Source of the DNA: Lytechinus pictus
Lineage: Eukaryota
Assembly: GCF_037042905.1 (NCBI RefSeq)
Contig: NC_087250.1
Coordinates: forward strand, 24,678,001 to 24,742,000
Direction: 5' to 3'
DNA: 64,000 nucleotides
Shown here: positions 11,716 through 25,190 of the stretch, in pieces
How positions within the stretch are numbered: position 1 is the stretch's first letter
Layout: every line of letters begins with the position of its first letter
Notes under the pieces: generated by a model
Told to the model about the DNA's origin: nothing
Seen by the model: only the letters and a program-made list of their open reading frames with translations
Database searches by the model: none
Program-made: the position numbers and the translations under genes

Positions 11716-12977
11716 GTTTGTATTACAGGTTATTAAATGAAGTATAATAAATTATAATTAAAAATTAAGTTATCACTTTGTTTTGTTTAAGCCTAGATGT
11801 ACAATTTTATATTATGATATAGATCCTATTGTATTTTTTCGTCTTTGTGTATTCTTATTTATAAAGCCATTTGGAAACCAAATTTCTTTGTATGCATACA
11901 AATACATTGACCAATAAAATAATCTTCAATCTCATTTTAAATACAAGGGAAAAAATGCCCAGGGACTCGGGGATGATTCCCTCTGAACAAAAGTATAAAG
12001 CGCCTAAAAAACAAAGCAAAAAGGCCCTAGATTGCTTGAAATTCCCATTTATGTCCAATGTAATCATAATGGTGTAGCAAATTTTGGCTGATGATCTCAA
12101 CAAGGAGCATTGTCATTATGATGAGCAGAAATCCCAGGGGCACATGTCCCCCCCCCCCCCTACTCAAAATAGTAGGGGGGGACACACTATTAAATGTCCC
12201 CTTACTATTTGTGGTCTTTTATGATAAAAAGAAATGCATCATTCAAAATCGAAATAAAACATGTATTTTAGGGCGAAATGGGATGATAACCTTTTATTTT
12301 TTGCTTGTCAAATTTATTTTCGTCGAAATGACCTTAAATTTGGGGTGATAACATTTTTTTGTTTGCTTGTCAAATTTTCCAGCCCTTGTCCCCTACCTTT
12401 TGGGAGAGATTTCCGCCCCTGGTCATTACAAGGTGAAAACCATGCTTGTACACAAATTATTGTTTTTCACAGACAGGCATACATTAAAATAGGTATATCA
12501 TCAATATTGAAGGGAAAAGGGTATACTTTTCAATTATATATCAACTTATCACAAAAAGTAGAATATTTTAAGCATTACTTGGTGTTAACATCTTTGTGTA
12601 GGGTACTCTGAAATAGGATGATTACTAAACTCTATTTTGAAAGTCCATATTGTATATATCGTAAGTTGATTTACATAATTGATGAAAATTCTATATTTAA
12701 ACCCTACAATTCTGTACACTGTACTGATCTACCTGATTTTACTTTGTATTATTATTGTAATGAGATTGTAAATTGGACTTTTCAGCTCTGTTAGCAAATG
12801 TGTACTATATTATACCAATAAATAAAATAATAATAAATGAAATAAATATAGTGTCCACCTTCTAATGAGTGTATGATCCCCCACCCAGGCTTCGTAGTGA
12901 AAATGAAATTTTTATCTTAACCAGTGTGTCTGTGTTAAAAAGTTTGATGTTATTTTTATTTGTGTTTTAATTTGTAG

Positions 12978-13048
12978 AAACGGAGAGTAGCTGAACTGTT
13001 GGCTAAGGATATCCCAGATGATGAAGCAATGCTTATGAGCAATGGAAG
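12978..13048 (+). CDS. SCNM1: SCNM1 coding exon 2 (KRRVAELLAKDIPDDEAMLMSNGR)
   Basis: TTTGTAG acceptor, AG|GT donor, 71 nt, phase 0 to 2, in frame with neighbours; matches SCNM1 KRRV..LLA..IP.DEA motif. Confidence 0.93.
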
Positions 13049-13674
13049 GTTGGTATGTCAGGCAAACTCAAATAATGGAGTCGAGGCTGGCCTCAAGACC
13101 ACTTTTGGTCGGCCTTGACCTCAATCGGGCCCAGTAGTATGAAGAGAGTCAAGGGAAGACACTTTCTCCTGGAGAAATGACTCTATGATGATCGCAAGTA
13201 TATGTTTGTCATTGTCTGATGGTATATTGAATGCTTGAGATTTTTATTGAATTATTTTCAAATTCCTTAAAATATATATATAGCATTTTAATATGTCAAA
13301 TGACATGTGGGGAAGCTGCTTACTTTTTATGTCATAAAACAAAAAAACTGAAATGTCCCATTCTTAGATTTATTTTCGCCAAACCATTGTCAAAGTGTTT
13401 TTTTTTTTTTTTTATTCTAGCTTAAATTTATTTATACAGATTTACATTATTATGGCTAACTTCCTTAGTATGGCGTCCTGCCAGTCAATTCTTGATAAAG
13501 CTGGTTGTAAGAGAAAAACATGGTAAATGGTGAGGATTTTTGCTAAGAAAGCATTAATTCCTATTAGCAAGCAACCAGAGGACCTATGGCTTAAGGTCCT
13601 GTCCGAGATGATTAAGAACCCTATCAGAACATAGTTATTGCTTAATTACTGCTTTTTATCATTTGAACACCCAG

Positions 13675-13763
13675 GTATGCGTGTACGGTTTGCCATTATA
13701 AACCAGTCTTCGACACGGTTGATATGCTGACAGTTCACCGAGCTGGAAAGAAACATCAACATG
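13675..13763 (+). CDS. SCNM1: SCNM1 coding exon 3, matrin-type C2H2 zinc finger (YACTVCHYKPVFDTVDMLTVHRAGKKHQH)
   Basis: CCAG acceptor, GTATGT donor, 89 nt; C-x2-C...H-RAGKK-H zinc finger typical of SCNM1. Confidence 0.93.
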
Positions 13764-14144
13764 GTATGTACTGTGTCATCCCTTATTAAATGCGTTCAAG
13801 GACCCCTGTAATACACTGTGCTAAATATAACTTGGTGTCTAGATATATAAAAATATATTGATTATACATATTTATATATAAAGGTATAATTTATATATAT
13901 TGCAAAATAAGCATAAAAGATCATTGGTAATTTAAGCACATCTAATTTGCCTTTTTGTTTTGAAGCAACAAAAAAACACTTTTCAAATAGTGTATGATGG
14001 TGGAATACATAAAAACAATTAGGCCTACTGTTAAAGCTAAATAGGTAATCTTTATAAAAAAAAAAACAAATGAGGGAATTGCTCCAAGTATAAAAGGTGT
14101 TTAATAATTCCAATACATCATTTAATTTTATTTTTTTTCTGTAG

Positions 14145-14248
14145 CTACTGAAAATCATTTTGCAAAGAAGAGAGAGCTCGCTTTGCTGGTCAGGAAGAGA
14201 AGACAAGAAGAAGAAATCAAGAGAGAGAGTCAGAAAGGAAAGAATCAG
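14145..14248 (+). CDS. SCNM1: SCNM1 coding exon 4 (ATENHFAKKRELALLVRKRRQEEEIKRESQKGKNQ)
   Basis: T-rich GTAG acceptor, CAG|GTAATT donor, 104 nt, phases 1 to 0 consistent with neighbours. Confidence 0.88.
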
Positions 14249-15007
14249 GTAATTATAAATGACCAGTCCAGTTGGATGTTTCATAAAGCTGTTCGTAAGA
14301 TACAAATGACTTTATGCACGACTGGTGATCCTTTCTTTTGCTATGTGATATATCCCTATGTAATTGATCTATGACCTAAGAACATGTTCCAGTCATGTGT
14401 AAAGTCTTTTGTAACTTTACAAACAGCTTTATGAAACACCCACGTGGTCAAATGATCTAGGGGTACGTTGGGTGTTACCTCGGGGTTAGGGTCCCCCCCC
14501 CCCTTTCCAAAAAGTAAATACCAAAAAAGGTAATTGTCGACTGCTTTGGGAATTCAAATGCCTTTGTGTTTAGAAAATTTTTGAGGAGGTAATGTTGAGC
14601 CTTCCACATTTGAATTTTTTTGTTGACAAAAACCAAATTTTTCACAAAATGGATCCCCCTAATGATCTTGTACAAACTTGAATATACAGTATCTGACAAT
14701 CATGCAGGTAAACTTCCATAAGCTGAACTCATTCACCCAATTGAAGCAATGTTTTTACCAGATTTTGCAAAGCCTCTGTTGTATAGCTTTGTCATTTTGA
14801 ATTTCAATTAAGTCAAACAATTTTCAATGATCTCAATAGAATAAGTTTAGGCAAAGTTACTTGTATATTCAATGTACAGAGAGAATTTAGTCGAAATTGT
14901 GAATGAAGGTGAGATGAATAGCATTATGACATCTTATTTAGAGTAATAAAACAGAATAAAGACATTGTGAAATCATAATCTTTTGTTTGCTCGTTTTTCT
15001 AATAAAG

Positions 15008-15111
15008 GAAACTGAGCCATCCCCCCTATTGCTGAAAGTGGAAGCGGCCAAAAGACACACACTGCTGAAGGAAGCTCCATACAATCCTTGTCATACACAC
15101 AAAAATGAAGG
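15008..15111 (+). CDS. SCNM1: SCNM1 coding exon 5 (ETEPSPLLLKVEAAKRHTLLKEAPYNPCHTHKNEG)
   Basis: AAAG acceptor, GTGAGT donor, 104 nt; PLL...APYN.C resembles the conserved SCNM1 segment. Confidence 0.85.
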
Positions 15112-15696
15112 GTGAGTCTACTTTCTAAAGGGAGATTATTATCTTGCTACAGAAGGGCTATTATATTTCTTTCACAGGTAATTTGATCAGGGGGTTAGTA
15201 TGAAAAAAAAAGGGTCATTTCCAGGATAATACAAACTGTTGCATTTATGATGTGCTACACTGGTTTTTCACCAAATGCCCATACTCTCAAATTAGTGAGC
15301 CTTTTTATAAAATGCAAGACTGATCGTAAATGCTTGTCAATATCGACAATGTAAATCTACGGAGGTCAGATTTACAAATATAACTAGCTGATGAGTCCAA
15401 GTGATTGAGAACTTGATTTAGAAGCTAAGAACATGTCACCAGTTGTGCATAAAATCATTCATAAATGAAAGTTTATGAAACAGCACCGAGATAGTTTGAA
15501 TCACATGTTTCAGGTAAACTTGCATAAGTTGACCTTCCATAAGTCGAGTATTCGCCATTTTTAGATATGATTATGCAAAACATATTTCTTTTAGGCCTAC
15601 ATGATATTTTTCTGAGTTCAAACAGATTTCTGTCGTCCTGCTAGAAACGATTTAGGCAGAGTCACTTCTATTTTTTTATTTTATTCATCTTTACAG

Positions 15697-16638
15697 ACCT
15701 CAAAAGAAGTCAAAGAACAAGCTATTCTTCCAATCCATTCGGCAGATCAGTTCAACCAATCAGACGGCAGGGAATTCAAATCTAGCCAATCGGGACCAAG
15801 ATCTTTCACATTTTTCCCATAAACATGCTACAACTGTCGCTACTCAACCAGGCTTTTCGAATGATCACCCTCATGTTGCTATTGCCGGCCCTACTACTGC
15901 TCCTCGAAAGGCAGGTCTCAAGCCTGGTTTAAAGTCTAACCTTCAGACTCAAGCTCCAGGAGTTTCCAGCTTTCAAATCAGACCATACGTTTCAAAAGCA
16001 AAGAGGAATGCAATGAGTGATGAAGCAAACCCTTCAAAACAACCAGATCCTAAACCTAATTCAGGAAAGCCAGAGACAACCTCATCCCCGGGTTCCTACA
16101 ATGAATCATCCCTTTCCATTCAAGATCAATTGTCTGGAGGTGAGGTTGAGAACTCGGTTGAATTCATAAGGGAATTCCAAAGTACACAGAACTCAGATGT
16201 TGGTGGCTATGCTAGCTCTACCAAGCTTAGACAGGTCAAAGATGAGAGGACCATGAAAGCAACTCCAGGCAGCTTCTTCCAGAGGGAATCGCCATGTGGC
16301 AACATGCAACAGGATTTCAGGTTAGATGTAGATGGTGGAGAGAAGGGTTCACGGCAGCATGGACAAGGACCTGCACCGAAGCCTGAGTTTGTGAGGGGTT
16401 TCCAGGGGTGTAGTCAAGGGACACACAAACGCCCTCAGGGTGTAAGGGGTATCCAGAGGTGTGGCCAAGGGACTTCCCTGGAGCCTCAGGGTTTGAAGGA
16501 TCTCCAGGACTGCAGAAGAGGGGCCAGAGTAGAGGAAGAAAGGACTAAACAAAGACCAGTAAAGACAAAGCAGAAGAGCAAATCAAAGATGACAGATGAA
16601 AAGAAGAAAGAAATCCAGAGATACTTAGAGCTTACCAG
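15697..16638 (+). CDS. SCNM1: SCNM1 coding exon 6 (942 nt, low-complexity/disordered, ends ...EIQRYLELT)
   Basis: TTACAG acceptor, open frame throughout (includes track ORF 16013-16648), AG|GTATGT donor at 16639, phase 2 joins the last exon. Confidence 0.85.
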
Positions 16639-17489
16639 GTATGTATGAAGTACCGAAGCAATGATGTCACAAAATACCTTTTTCACATTTCACTGGTTTT
16701 AATACCACATTTTGACGAAGCATTAAATACATCAGGCATTGAAATTTGTCGGGAATCGGTCTATGAGGGCCCAAAGTGTGACTGTATGTCCTCTCGCTTT
16801 GCCTCATTGAAATTAATGAGTGTAAATCTTCCAAACATAATGAAACAAGCTAGATACATTGATTTCAGAAGGGCCTATGCCTCACTCATTTTGCCATACC
16901 TTGGGCCACCGCGAACAATTTTTGTTAAATTTGGTGTGTGGATTTTAGTCATCATGCTGTCTGGACATTTGGTCATGAATATGCTGTATTGCACAAAAAG
17001 AAAATTATGATATCACACTGTGGGAGTCTATAATAACACTTTTCTAGTTGATGAATATCTTTATAAGTGGAGATGGAGGGTTGGACTTAGTCTGCTATGC
17101 AGACTCTGAATGGCTCGTGAAGTGGGATCTGCAGCTGGTTTGCGAAGCAAACCAGCCTGAAAGGGCGAGCGAAGCGAGCCATTTCAGAGTCTGCTTCTTC
17201 TTTGGAAATCTTGTTCCCACGGTCAAAATAAGTCCCACCCACCCAAAATTTCAGAGAGCTTTCATTGGATAACTTCATCTGTCTGTAAACCAAATTTTAT
17301 GACCACTGAGGAGTATAGATAATCCCCTACTTCAACCACAGAGCCATGAGCAGGGTTATTATGTAATACCCTCGCTCAGGCCATCAGACAGTGTTTACAT
17401 ATGACATTCCACTGAGCAGCTGCATGTATGGCCAAAACCTTGCTCCATGGCCCAAAATAGTGGATGGTTTTATCATAGCTCTCTATATA

Positions 17490-18250
17490 TATTCAATTCA
17501 ATTCAATCTTTATTTCGCAAATAGGATAAAAATACAAGGAAACATCAAATAATGTGATTAGATAATAAAAATAAATTGCGTGGCTTCCCATGAAGGTAAT
17601 AAGAAACATGTGAGGCTCGCCAAAACATAGTAAAAACAAAACAACATTAATACAAAACAGAATATCATATCATTATAGTTAATAGTGTATATAAAACGGA
17701 GAAAAAAACACGAGTTGAGGGGGGTAGATACGTTACAAGTATGCATTGATATCATGTGTGAGAATTAATAATAATTTACTAGAAAATTTGAATACTGTTT
17801 TCTAAAAGAATATATAAATTGTGAATTAGTTATTATTTGGGGAATCTCATTCCATTGTTAAGGACCTACATAACTCAGCTTCGTGACTATAGACCTAATA
17901 GACCATAAATGAAATTTATTGGAAGAACGGGTATTATGGTTATGAACTTGATTATTGCATTGAAAAAGATCTGAAAACTACATGGGTAACAACTACCTCT
18001 TCTTGAACTTATAGATAAATATTGTGAGTTCTCGCTTATTAAATAAAGGTGCGGATGGTGTTAGGTTATTAGAATAGGTAATTATTCTTAAACATTTCTT
18101 TTGAATATTGAGTCCAATTCATATGAGGTTACATTGGTATTGCAATATTTTAAATAAGAGAAAATCATGGAATGGTATAAAGTTATCAGATTTTTATGAA
18201 GCAAACTAAGCTTAAGTTTGTAAATTAAACCAGTATTCCTTAAAACATTT
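17490..18250 (-). mobile_element. Degenerate L2/Crack-like LINE 3' fragment in SCNM1 intron
   Basis: GLIYKLK...LITLYHSMIFSYLKYCN, SAPLF and WNEIP remnants; (TTGAA)n-like tail at about 17493-17510. Confidence 0.6.
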
Positions 18251-19298
18251 ATCATATGGTACTTAAAACCCAAAATATCAAACTCAAAAACACCATTCTC
18301 ATAAAATTCAGAACTTAAATATTAAATATGATAGTTTACAAAATGAAAATCTTAAATTTCACGATTGTAAGTTTGTAAACTATCATACTTTTAATCAAAC
18401 AGGATAGCTATGTTTTATTTTGTTCCTGTTTGGAATTAACTTCTAACCATAGTTTCTTGATTGGACCTTGTATTTGTAGTCACTTCTCCATGCTACTGTA
18501 TTCAACCTGTTTTACTGTTATGTTAGCTCAGTTTGATATTAATTAGCCTTAATTAGCCTTGTGTAAGTTGTCATGCCCAGCAACATTCGTTCACCTTTGT
18601 ATTAAAAGTGTTTTTATGCCAGCCATAATGTATGTGATAATCAGGTACTTTCAAACTCAAAAGTATGCTGAATGAAAATGTTGGCAATTTTTTTATATAA
18701 ACCTAAATCGGATCTATTTGATTTAAATAAGATTTTTTTAAATTTCAATCTGATTTTTTCTAACAAATTTTTTTTAACAAAGTGCAAACACCCAAAATAT
18801 AACCCTTCACACTGACATCAATTTTAAAATTATGCATTTCACCACCAAAATTATTCTTAACTATTTCATAATCAAATCCAGTCAAAATATAATTTATAGA
18901 AAATATTAAAGCCATAAAGAAGCTGACATTTTCTGCTGTGTCTAAAGTACATGTAGAGAGCTTCTACTTATTGGTTCAAAGGAACTGTCTTGGTACAGCT
19001 AATGCTGCAAACATGCAAAGTTGGTGCTCATTTTCAAAGCTCTTGGTATTTAATGAGGATCAGTTTATTTGGAAGAATTCCATGACTCAGAGATTCAAGT
19101 TCTCCAAAGAGATATATTGTTTAAATTTTATTTTCAGGTCAAGGATTGAAGATCATACATGTTAAAGAAAACTGCATTTATCTTTTGTTTGTTTCAACCC
19201 CAAGTTGTTCTTTGAGCCACAGTTGGAACGACTGTTTCAAAGCATTGGCTTTCAAAGCTTTGACCGACTGCATTTATTTTTGTTTGTATCAACCTTAA

Positions 19299-19895
19299 AG
19301 GAATGGACCGGGCTGAAAATATTCAGATCTAAATAAATAGAGTAAAATGATGAAAATTTCACCAAAATTGGATGACAAATAACAAAGTTATTGTATTTTA
19401 AAGTTTATCAGTATTTTGTGAAAACAGTTATATTTACATCGTCATGAATTTTCATTTGGTGGGTTGATGATGTCACATCCCCTCTTTCCTTTTTCTTATA
19501 ACATGAAATCATAATTGTTTCATTTTTTTTATACATGTGTAAATAATGTGTCTCCATTATGATGAAATAAGTTGCGGCAATAAATAACTAATGTACTTAA
19601 TTAGTTGCCAATTCAATTGTTTTTAGTTATTGGTAAATTCCTTTTTAATAAACCTAATTTCACATAATCATAATCAAAAGAACAAGTGGAGATATGCCAT
19701 CATAAGCCCAACTAACGGATATTCATGAAGACATGCCTAGAAATGTTTTACCGGAATAATCGAAAAGAAATCTTTAAAATTCAATAACTTTGTTATTTGT
19801 TATCCGATTTTGATCAAATTTCAGTATTTTACTCTGTGAATTTTACTTTATTTATTGATACATGTATCATAATTTCTCCAGCCTGGACAATTCCT
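19299..19895. mobile_element. Kolobok-like MITE
   Basis: TTAA|AGGAAT...ATTCCT|TTAA; interrupts the second copy of a local tandem duplication. Confidence 0.75.
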
Positions 19896-20800
19896 TTAAG
19901 TTCTTCTTTGAGCCATAGTTGGAACTATTTGACTGTTTCAAAGCATTGGCTTGCAAAGTTTTGACAAACTTGCAAGTTAATTAAATGATTTCGTTTACAA
20001 TAAACTGGAAAACTAGTATTTTAGCAGCAGTTTTGCTAAAATAAGAAAACGGGTTCCCTTATACTACTGTGTCGGCCTATTTATTTGAATACAGGAACAT
20101 GTAAAGGAATAGAAATGTTAAAATATCGGTGTATTGGGTAAGCAGGGACGTTGCCGATTTTTACTTTTATTGTACTCAATTCAAAATATTCACTTAAAAA
20201 TGTACAAACATAAATCATTTTGGCAAAGGGCACTAAAATGTATAGTTGTTATGATTTAGTCATGTTAGTGCCCTTTGCCAAGAACATTCATACATATTTT
20301 AAAATAAATGTACATGTACTTAATTACTGAACCTTTTTCAGTGAACTGGCTGAATGAAGCACAATCCTACTCAGAATGTCTGAACAGGCTTTTTCTAGTA
20401 TAGGATCCATAACCCATCCTGGAAAAAATCTATCATGTTGAGATTCAGCCTAATAAGTTCAGAGTTCCTTTACTTTCTTGAAAACTGCCCTCTAAAACAC
20501 TTTTGAATTTTGACATAAAGAAACAAGAAATTTGTTTTACTATTAACAAAGTCTACTCATACATACAAGTTGAGTAGGGGTCGCGTATAATGTAGGCTAC
20601 ATGTTCATCTTTGGTTTTGCAAGATTGACTTGATTTCATTGATTTGATTTCAATTGTTCTGAGTAGATATGAAGGATTTATTCCTGTTCTCATGATATAA
20701 AGTTGGTAAAATCTTTCTCTTTTTAATTTAAAAAGTAAAACTGCCACAAACAATAAAAAATCCCAAATAATTTGTACATGTTTCAATGGAAGTGATTTAA

Positions 20801-21557
20801 AGGAAAAGTCATGCACCCCAACAAAAAGCTGCTTTGAATAGTAAGAGAAAATCAGACAAGCATAACGCTGAAAATTTCATCAAAATCCGATATAAAAGAA
20901 GAAAGTAATGACGTTTAAAATTTTTGCTTAATTTCACAAAACCGTGGTTATATGCAAATCCTTGTCGGTATGCAAATTAGGGCGATGACATCACTCATTT
21001 TTTTTTGTATTTTATTATGTGAAATATGAAATATTTTTATGAAAAAAAATCATTCCTCCCTGACCATGTGGGATTACATTGTTTTAACATTTTGTAGTTC
21101 AAACAAGAGGGTCCTATTTGTTAAATTCGTAAAAATTGAAATGTTGTATAATTCAAACAGTAAAAATGCAAAAGCAATAGTGAGTGAGTGACATCATCGA
21201 CTCTCTAATTTTCATATCACTGAATTGTCATTATAACTGGGGGCCGTTTCATAAAGCTGTTCACAAGTTAAGAGCGACTTAAAGAACGACTGGTGAACAC
21301 TTCTTAAGCGATAAATCATCGCCAATGTATATACAATTTACCACAAGAAAGGATCTCGAATCGTTCTTAAAGTCGCTCTTAACTTACGAACAGCTTTATA
21401 AAACACCCACCTGTTTTGTGAAAAATAAGCGAAACTTTAAAATGTTATCATAAACTATTTTACATCCGATTTTGATGTAGTTTCCAGCGTTATTCTTGTT
21501 TGATTTTTCTCTATGTTTATTCAATTAAACTCTTTTTTTCTGGGGTGGATATGACCT
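20801..21557. mobile_element. Kolobok-like MITE containing a nested Harbinger-like MITE (21240-21410)
   Basis: TTAA|AGG...CCT|TTAA, homologous to 22835-23425; nested element flanked by CTG on both sides. Confidence 0.75.
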
Positions 21558-22834
21558 TTAAATCAATGATTTGAAAAAAATGATCACAGTGATTTAAATC
21601 AGCCAATCCTGCTGAATGAACTGAATATGAAAACAATTAGCTTTGTCAACACATGCAATGTCGATGCCAAAGATGTGAAAGTTGCATATTGGTATGCCCG
21701 GGAGCTATATGCCTTGATGCTTTACTCATTAGTGCAAACTGCTTACATGTACTATGCCCCATTGCTTTGAAGGATAATTATTTTGTTTCAAAATATTAAT
21801 TTGTTGGATTTGAATTGTGGAAAGTAGGTAATTTTTTGTTGTTGTCTGTTAAATATGTGCTTACCAGTTATATTGGCTGTAGTGCACTAGCGTACCTATG
21901 GGGGGGGGGGGGGCAATCTGCCCCCCCCCCTGACGAGCCACAACCCATACAAAAGACATATCCCTGCCCCCCCTGACGAGCTTGAAAGACCTTTATTGCC
22001 CCCCCCCCCTGACAAACTTGAAGGCCTTTTTCTTTTTTTTTGCATGTCAATATTTTTTCTGGTACGAAAACCTTTATTTTCGATTGAGGACCTTTTCTTT
22101 CTTTTTTTTTTGCTTGTCAAATTTTTTGGCGGGCAAATTTTCCCCTCCTGTGGAAAATCCTAGGTACGCCACTGCTGTATGCTACTTCTTCTAAAAAAAA
22201 ATGCATTTCATAGGCGGATCCAGGGTGGGCCCGAGGTGTCCGGTGTGATGATGAACAGTGTATATTTCAGGGGCCGTGGAAATGGTTTTCAAAGTAGGGG
22301 GGGGGGGGCTGATGACGCAAAAAATCACAATCATATGGTCATTTTTATGATTATGTACACGGCTTTGAAAGTGGGGTCACCCCCCCCCCCCCCCCCCGCT
22401 TCCGCGGCTCCTGTATTTCATGTGCAATGGGGATGTCTGAATCTCATCTGTAAATGAAATATATATAATTTATCTTTATTTGATATTAGCCATAAAACAA
22501 AACATCAAAACATTCACAATAGGCTTAATGAAGAAGGAAACATTGAAGTCGAAAGAATAGAATTATAAAGAAAATGTGAAACTAAATGCTAATGGCAGGG
22601 CAAACAAAACTTAATTTATTAAGATGTAAGAAGAAGGAACGGAAAAGAAGAAAAGAGACAAAGAGAAAGAGAAAGAAAAGATAACAAGAAGGAAAGGAAG
22701 GGGATGAAATAAAGAGGGTATAAGAAAGGAGAACAAGTCATATCTTATGTGAGTAGTACATAAGGTTAATGTTGCATGCTAAAATTTCATATAATTTCTT
22801 ATTTTGTACTTTAGAAAACGGTTTGGTTCATTAA

Positions 22835-23425
22835 AGGTCAAGTCTACCTCAGAAAAATGTTGATTTGAATCAATAGAGAAAGATCAGACAAGCACAATGC
22901 TGAAAATTTCATCAAAATCGGATGTAAAATAAGAAAGTTATGACATTTCCAAGTTTCGCTTATTTTTAACAAAATAGTTATATGAACGAGCCAGTTACAT
23001 CCAAATGAGAGAGTCGATGATGTCACTCACTCAATATTTCTTTTGTTTTTTATTGTTTGAATTACACAATATTTCAATTTTTACGAATTTAATGATTAGG
23101 ACCTCTTTGCCTGAAGCATAAAATGTTAAACATGTTCAGGGAGGAATGAAACTTCATTTCACCATGACAATGACAAGAAAATAAAAATATTTCACATTTC
23201 ATATAATAAAATACAAAAGAAATAGTGAGTGAGTGATGTCATCAGTTCCCTCATTTGCATACCGACTGAGATGTGCATATCAAACTGTTTTGTGAAATGA
23301 AGCGAAACTTTTAAATGTCATAACTTTCTTATTTTACATCCGATTTTGATGAAATTTTCAGTGTTATGCTTGTTGAATTTTTCTCTTTTTATTCAAATCA
23401 AGTTTTGTTGGGGTGGACTTGTCCT
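22835..23425. mobile_element. Kolobok-like MITE
   Basis: TTAA|AGGTCAAGTCTACC...GGTGGACTTGTCCT|TTAA with long imperfect IRs; a further copy at about 45867-46398. Confidence 0.8.
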
Positions 23426-23504
23426 TTAATCAATCAGTTCCATTATATTGTAGAAATGATAAAGATACACGTAGGATGATAAATAACATTTAAAAAAACA
23501 GGAC

Positions 23505-23850
23505 ATTGGAGGAAAGGAAGAAGAATGAGAGAGCAAATGAAATAAAAATGAAAATAAAATTAGAAAAAATAAGAAAGGAGGAGGAAGGGAAAGAATGAAA
23601 GAAAGAAAGAGAGAGAGAGAGAAAGAGATAAAAATGAAAAAAAAAGGAAGGAAAAAATGAATGAATGAATGAAAGAAAGAAAAAGGAAGAAAGGAAAGGA
23701 AAGAAAGGAAGATATAAAGAGAAAAAGAAGAGAGAAAAAAGAAAGAAAACAAAAGAGAAGAAAAGAGGAAAAGAAAAAAAAATCAAGAAGAATGAAAAGA
23801 GGAAAAAAGAAAAAGAGGAAAGAAAGGAAGAGAAAGAAAGAAAAAGACAA
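23505..23850 (+). repeat. Purine-rich (A/G) low-complexity tract
   Basis: Almost only A and G; explains the F/S/L- and K/E/R-rich spurious ORFs. Confidence 0.9.
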
Positions 23851-24467
23851 GGTTTATTCCATGTCACTTATAAAAGACCCGGGGGGTGATCAGGGCATCT
23901 TCTACACATTCATATACTGTATTAGTTCCATACACGTTCCTTGCTGTAACAAAAAATGTTTCAAAATATGCCCTATGCTATTATAACCATGAGCTATTAC
24001 AGACTTTGGTATCATCATGGACCTATCATCCAAACCATTCCATCTCCTGACTACTCAAGTACATTCATATATGTATCTATGCATGTATATGGATCCTATG
24101 TGTATGTAGCAAAATGAAAGAGGAGTATACCCTATTTGTTTAAATTCCACAAGATAAGAAATGGTCAGAACAGCTGGATCCTAATCCCTCTCTTGCCCCT
24201 ACTTCCACAAATCTGCTGTCAATCATGGTATCTACTGGCAACGGAGGGTTTCAGCAAGCTCCGCCTTGTGTACACGTTTCGTGTACATTGGTCAAACAAG
24301 TTGTAGACCCAGATCTGCAGGCTCTAGTAGACCTAGTCTGCTATGCAGACTCCTTGAATCAGCTGTGATACACACACTGCAGATGTGGGTCTACAGTTGT
24401 AGACTAGGTTGGACTAGGGTTGGAGGATGCGCTTGAATCATGTAGAGCAAAGGAAGGAGGAAAGGGC

Positions 24468-24872
24468 GATAGACCAGTTCGTAATCACTTCATGGACAAT
24501 TTTGGTCAAATTACCTTTTATTTCTTTCATTATGATAGGCAGATTTCAAAGGAAGATATTATGTAAGCATGCCTTACATAGCAGGATGAAGAAATTGAAT
24601 AGACCAGGTGACTAGAATAGCATACCAATGAACACTTTATGAAGGTATTTGTTGCAGTCCTACTTTGAATGCATAATAGGGCATGTTGTACAATGAACTT
24701 GGCAAAGAGTGAATTACCAGTCGTTCGTGGATGTAAATGAAAAAACACAATCCAAAAGAATATATGAATAATCAAGACATCAAATATGGTACTTAAAATT
24801 TAAACCACTATGTCACTTTAGTACCAATGACCTTCCTCAGATCATGCGCAGAGTGGAACTACGAACTGGCTT
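24468..24872. repeat. Dispersed about 400-bp element; inverted copy at about 33412-33844
   Basis: TAGACCAGTTCGTA terminus and colinear reverse-complement interior. Confidence 0.75.
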
Positions 24873-25102
24873 TTTGCTATGAGTGTTAGAGGAAGCCGCC
24901 AAGCCGGCATCCCCGGTTGTCTTGGGCACAAAAGAGGAATTAATCATTTGACAACTTTTTTTAGCTGATTGACTCACTGTCTTTGCGCTTCCATTGATTG
25001 TAAACTGAAATGGAATTCTGGATTTCATCCTCCTAGTAAATCCCTTTCTTGCTTTCACTCATGTTGTTCTTGTTTTATTTTGTATCGCCTTTGTTTTGAC
25101 AG

Positions 25103-25190
25103 TTCTGGTTGGGTCCAAGACAATGGAGGTAACTGGGTCAAAGGTCAGGATGTGGAGTTTGATTCGGATGAAGAGCCACCAACATCTTAG
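25103..25190 (+). CDS. SCNM1: SCNM1 last coding exon (SSGWVQDNGGNWVKGQDVEFDSDEEPPTS*)
   Basis: TTTGACAG acceptor; conserved SCNM1 acidic C-terminal motif SGW..D..G.WVK...VEFDSDEE.P; TAG at 25188-25190. Spliced CDS = 1449 nt (482 aa). Confidence 0.93.

Noticed and set aside
23426..23986. F/S/L-rich membrane-like and K/E/R-rich ORFs
   Set aside because: Artefacts of a purine-rich low-complexity tract.
11716..25102. U12-type introns in SCNM1 (autoregulation idea)
   Set aside because: All six donors are ordinary GT sites; none matches RTATCCTT.
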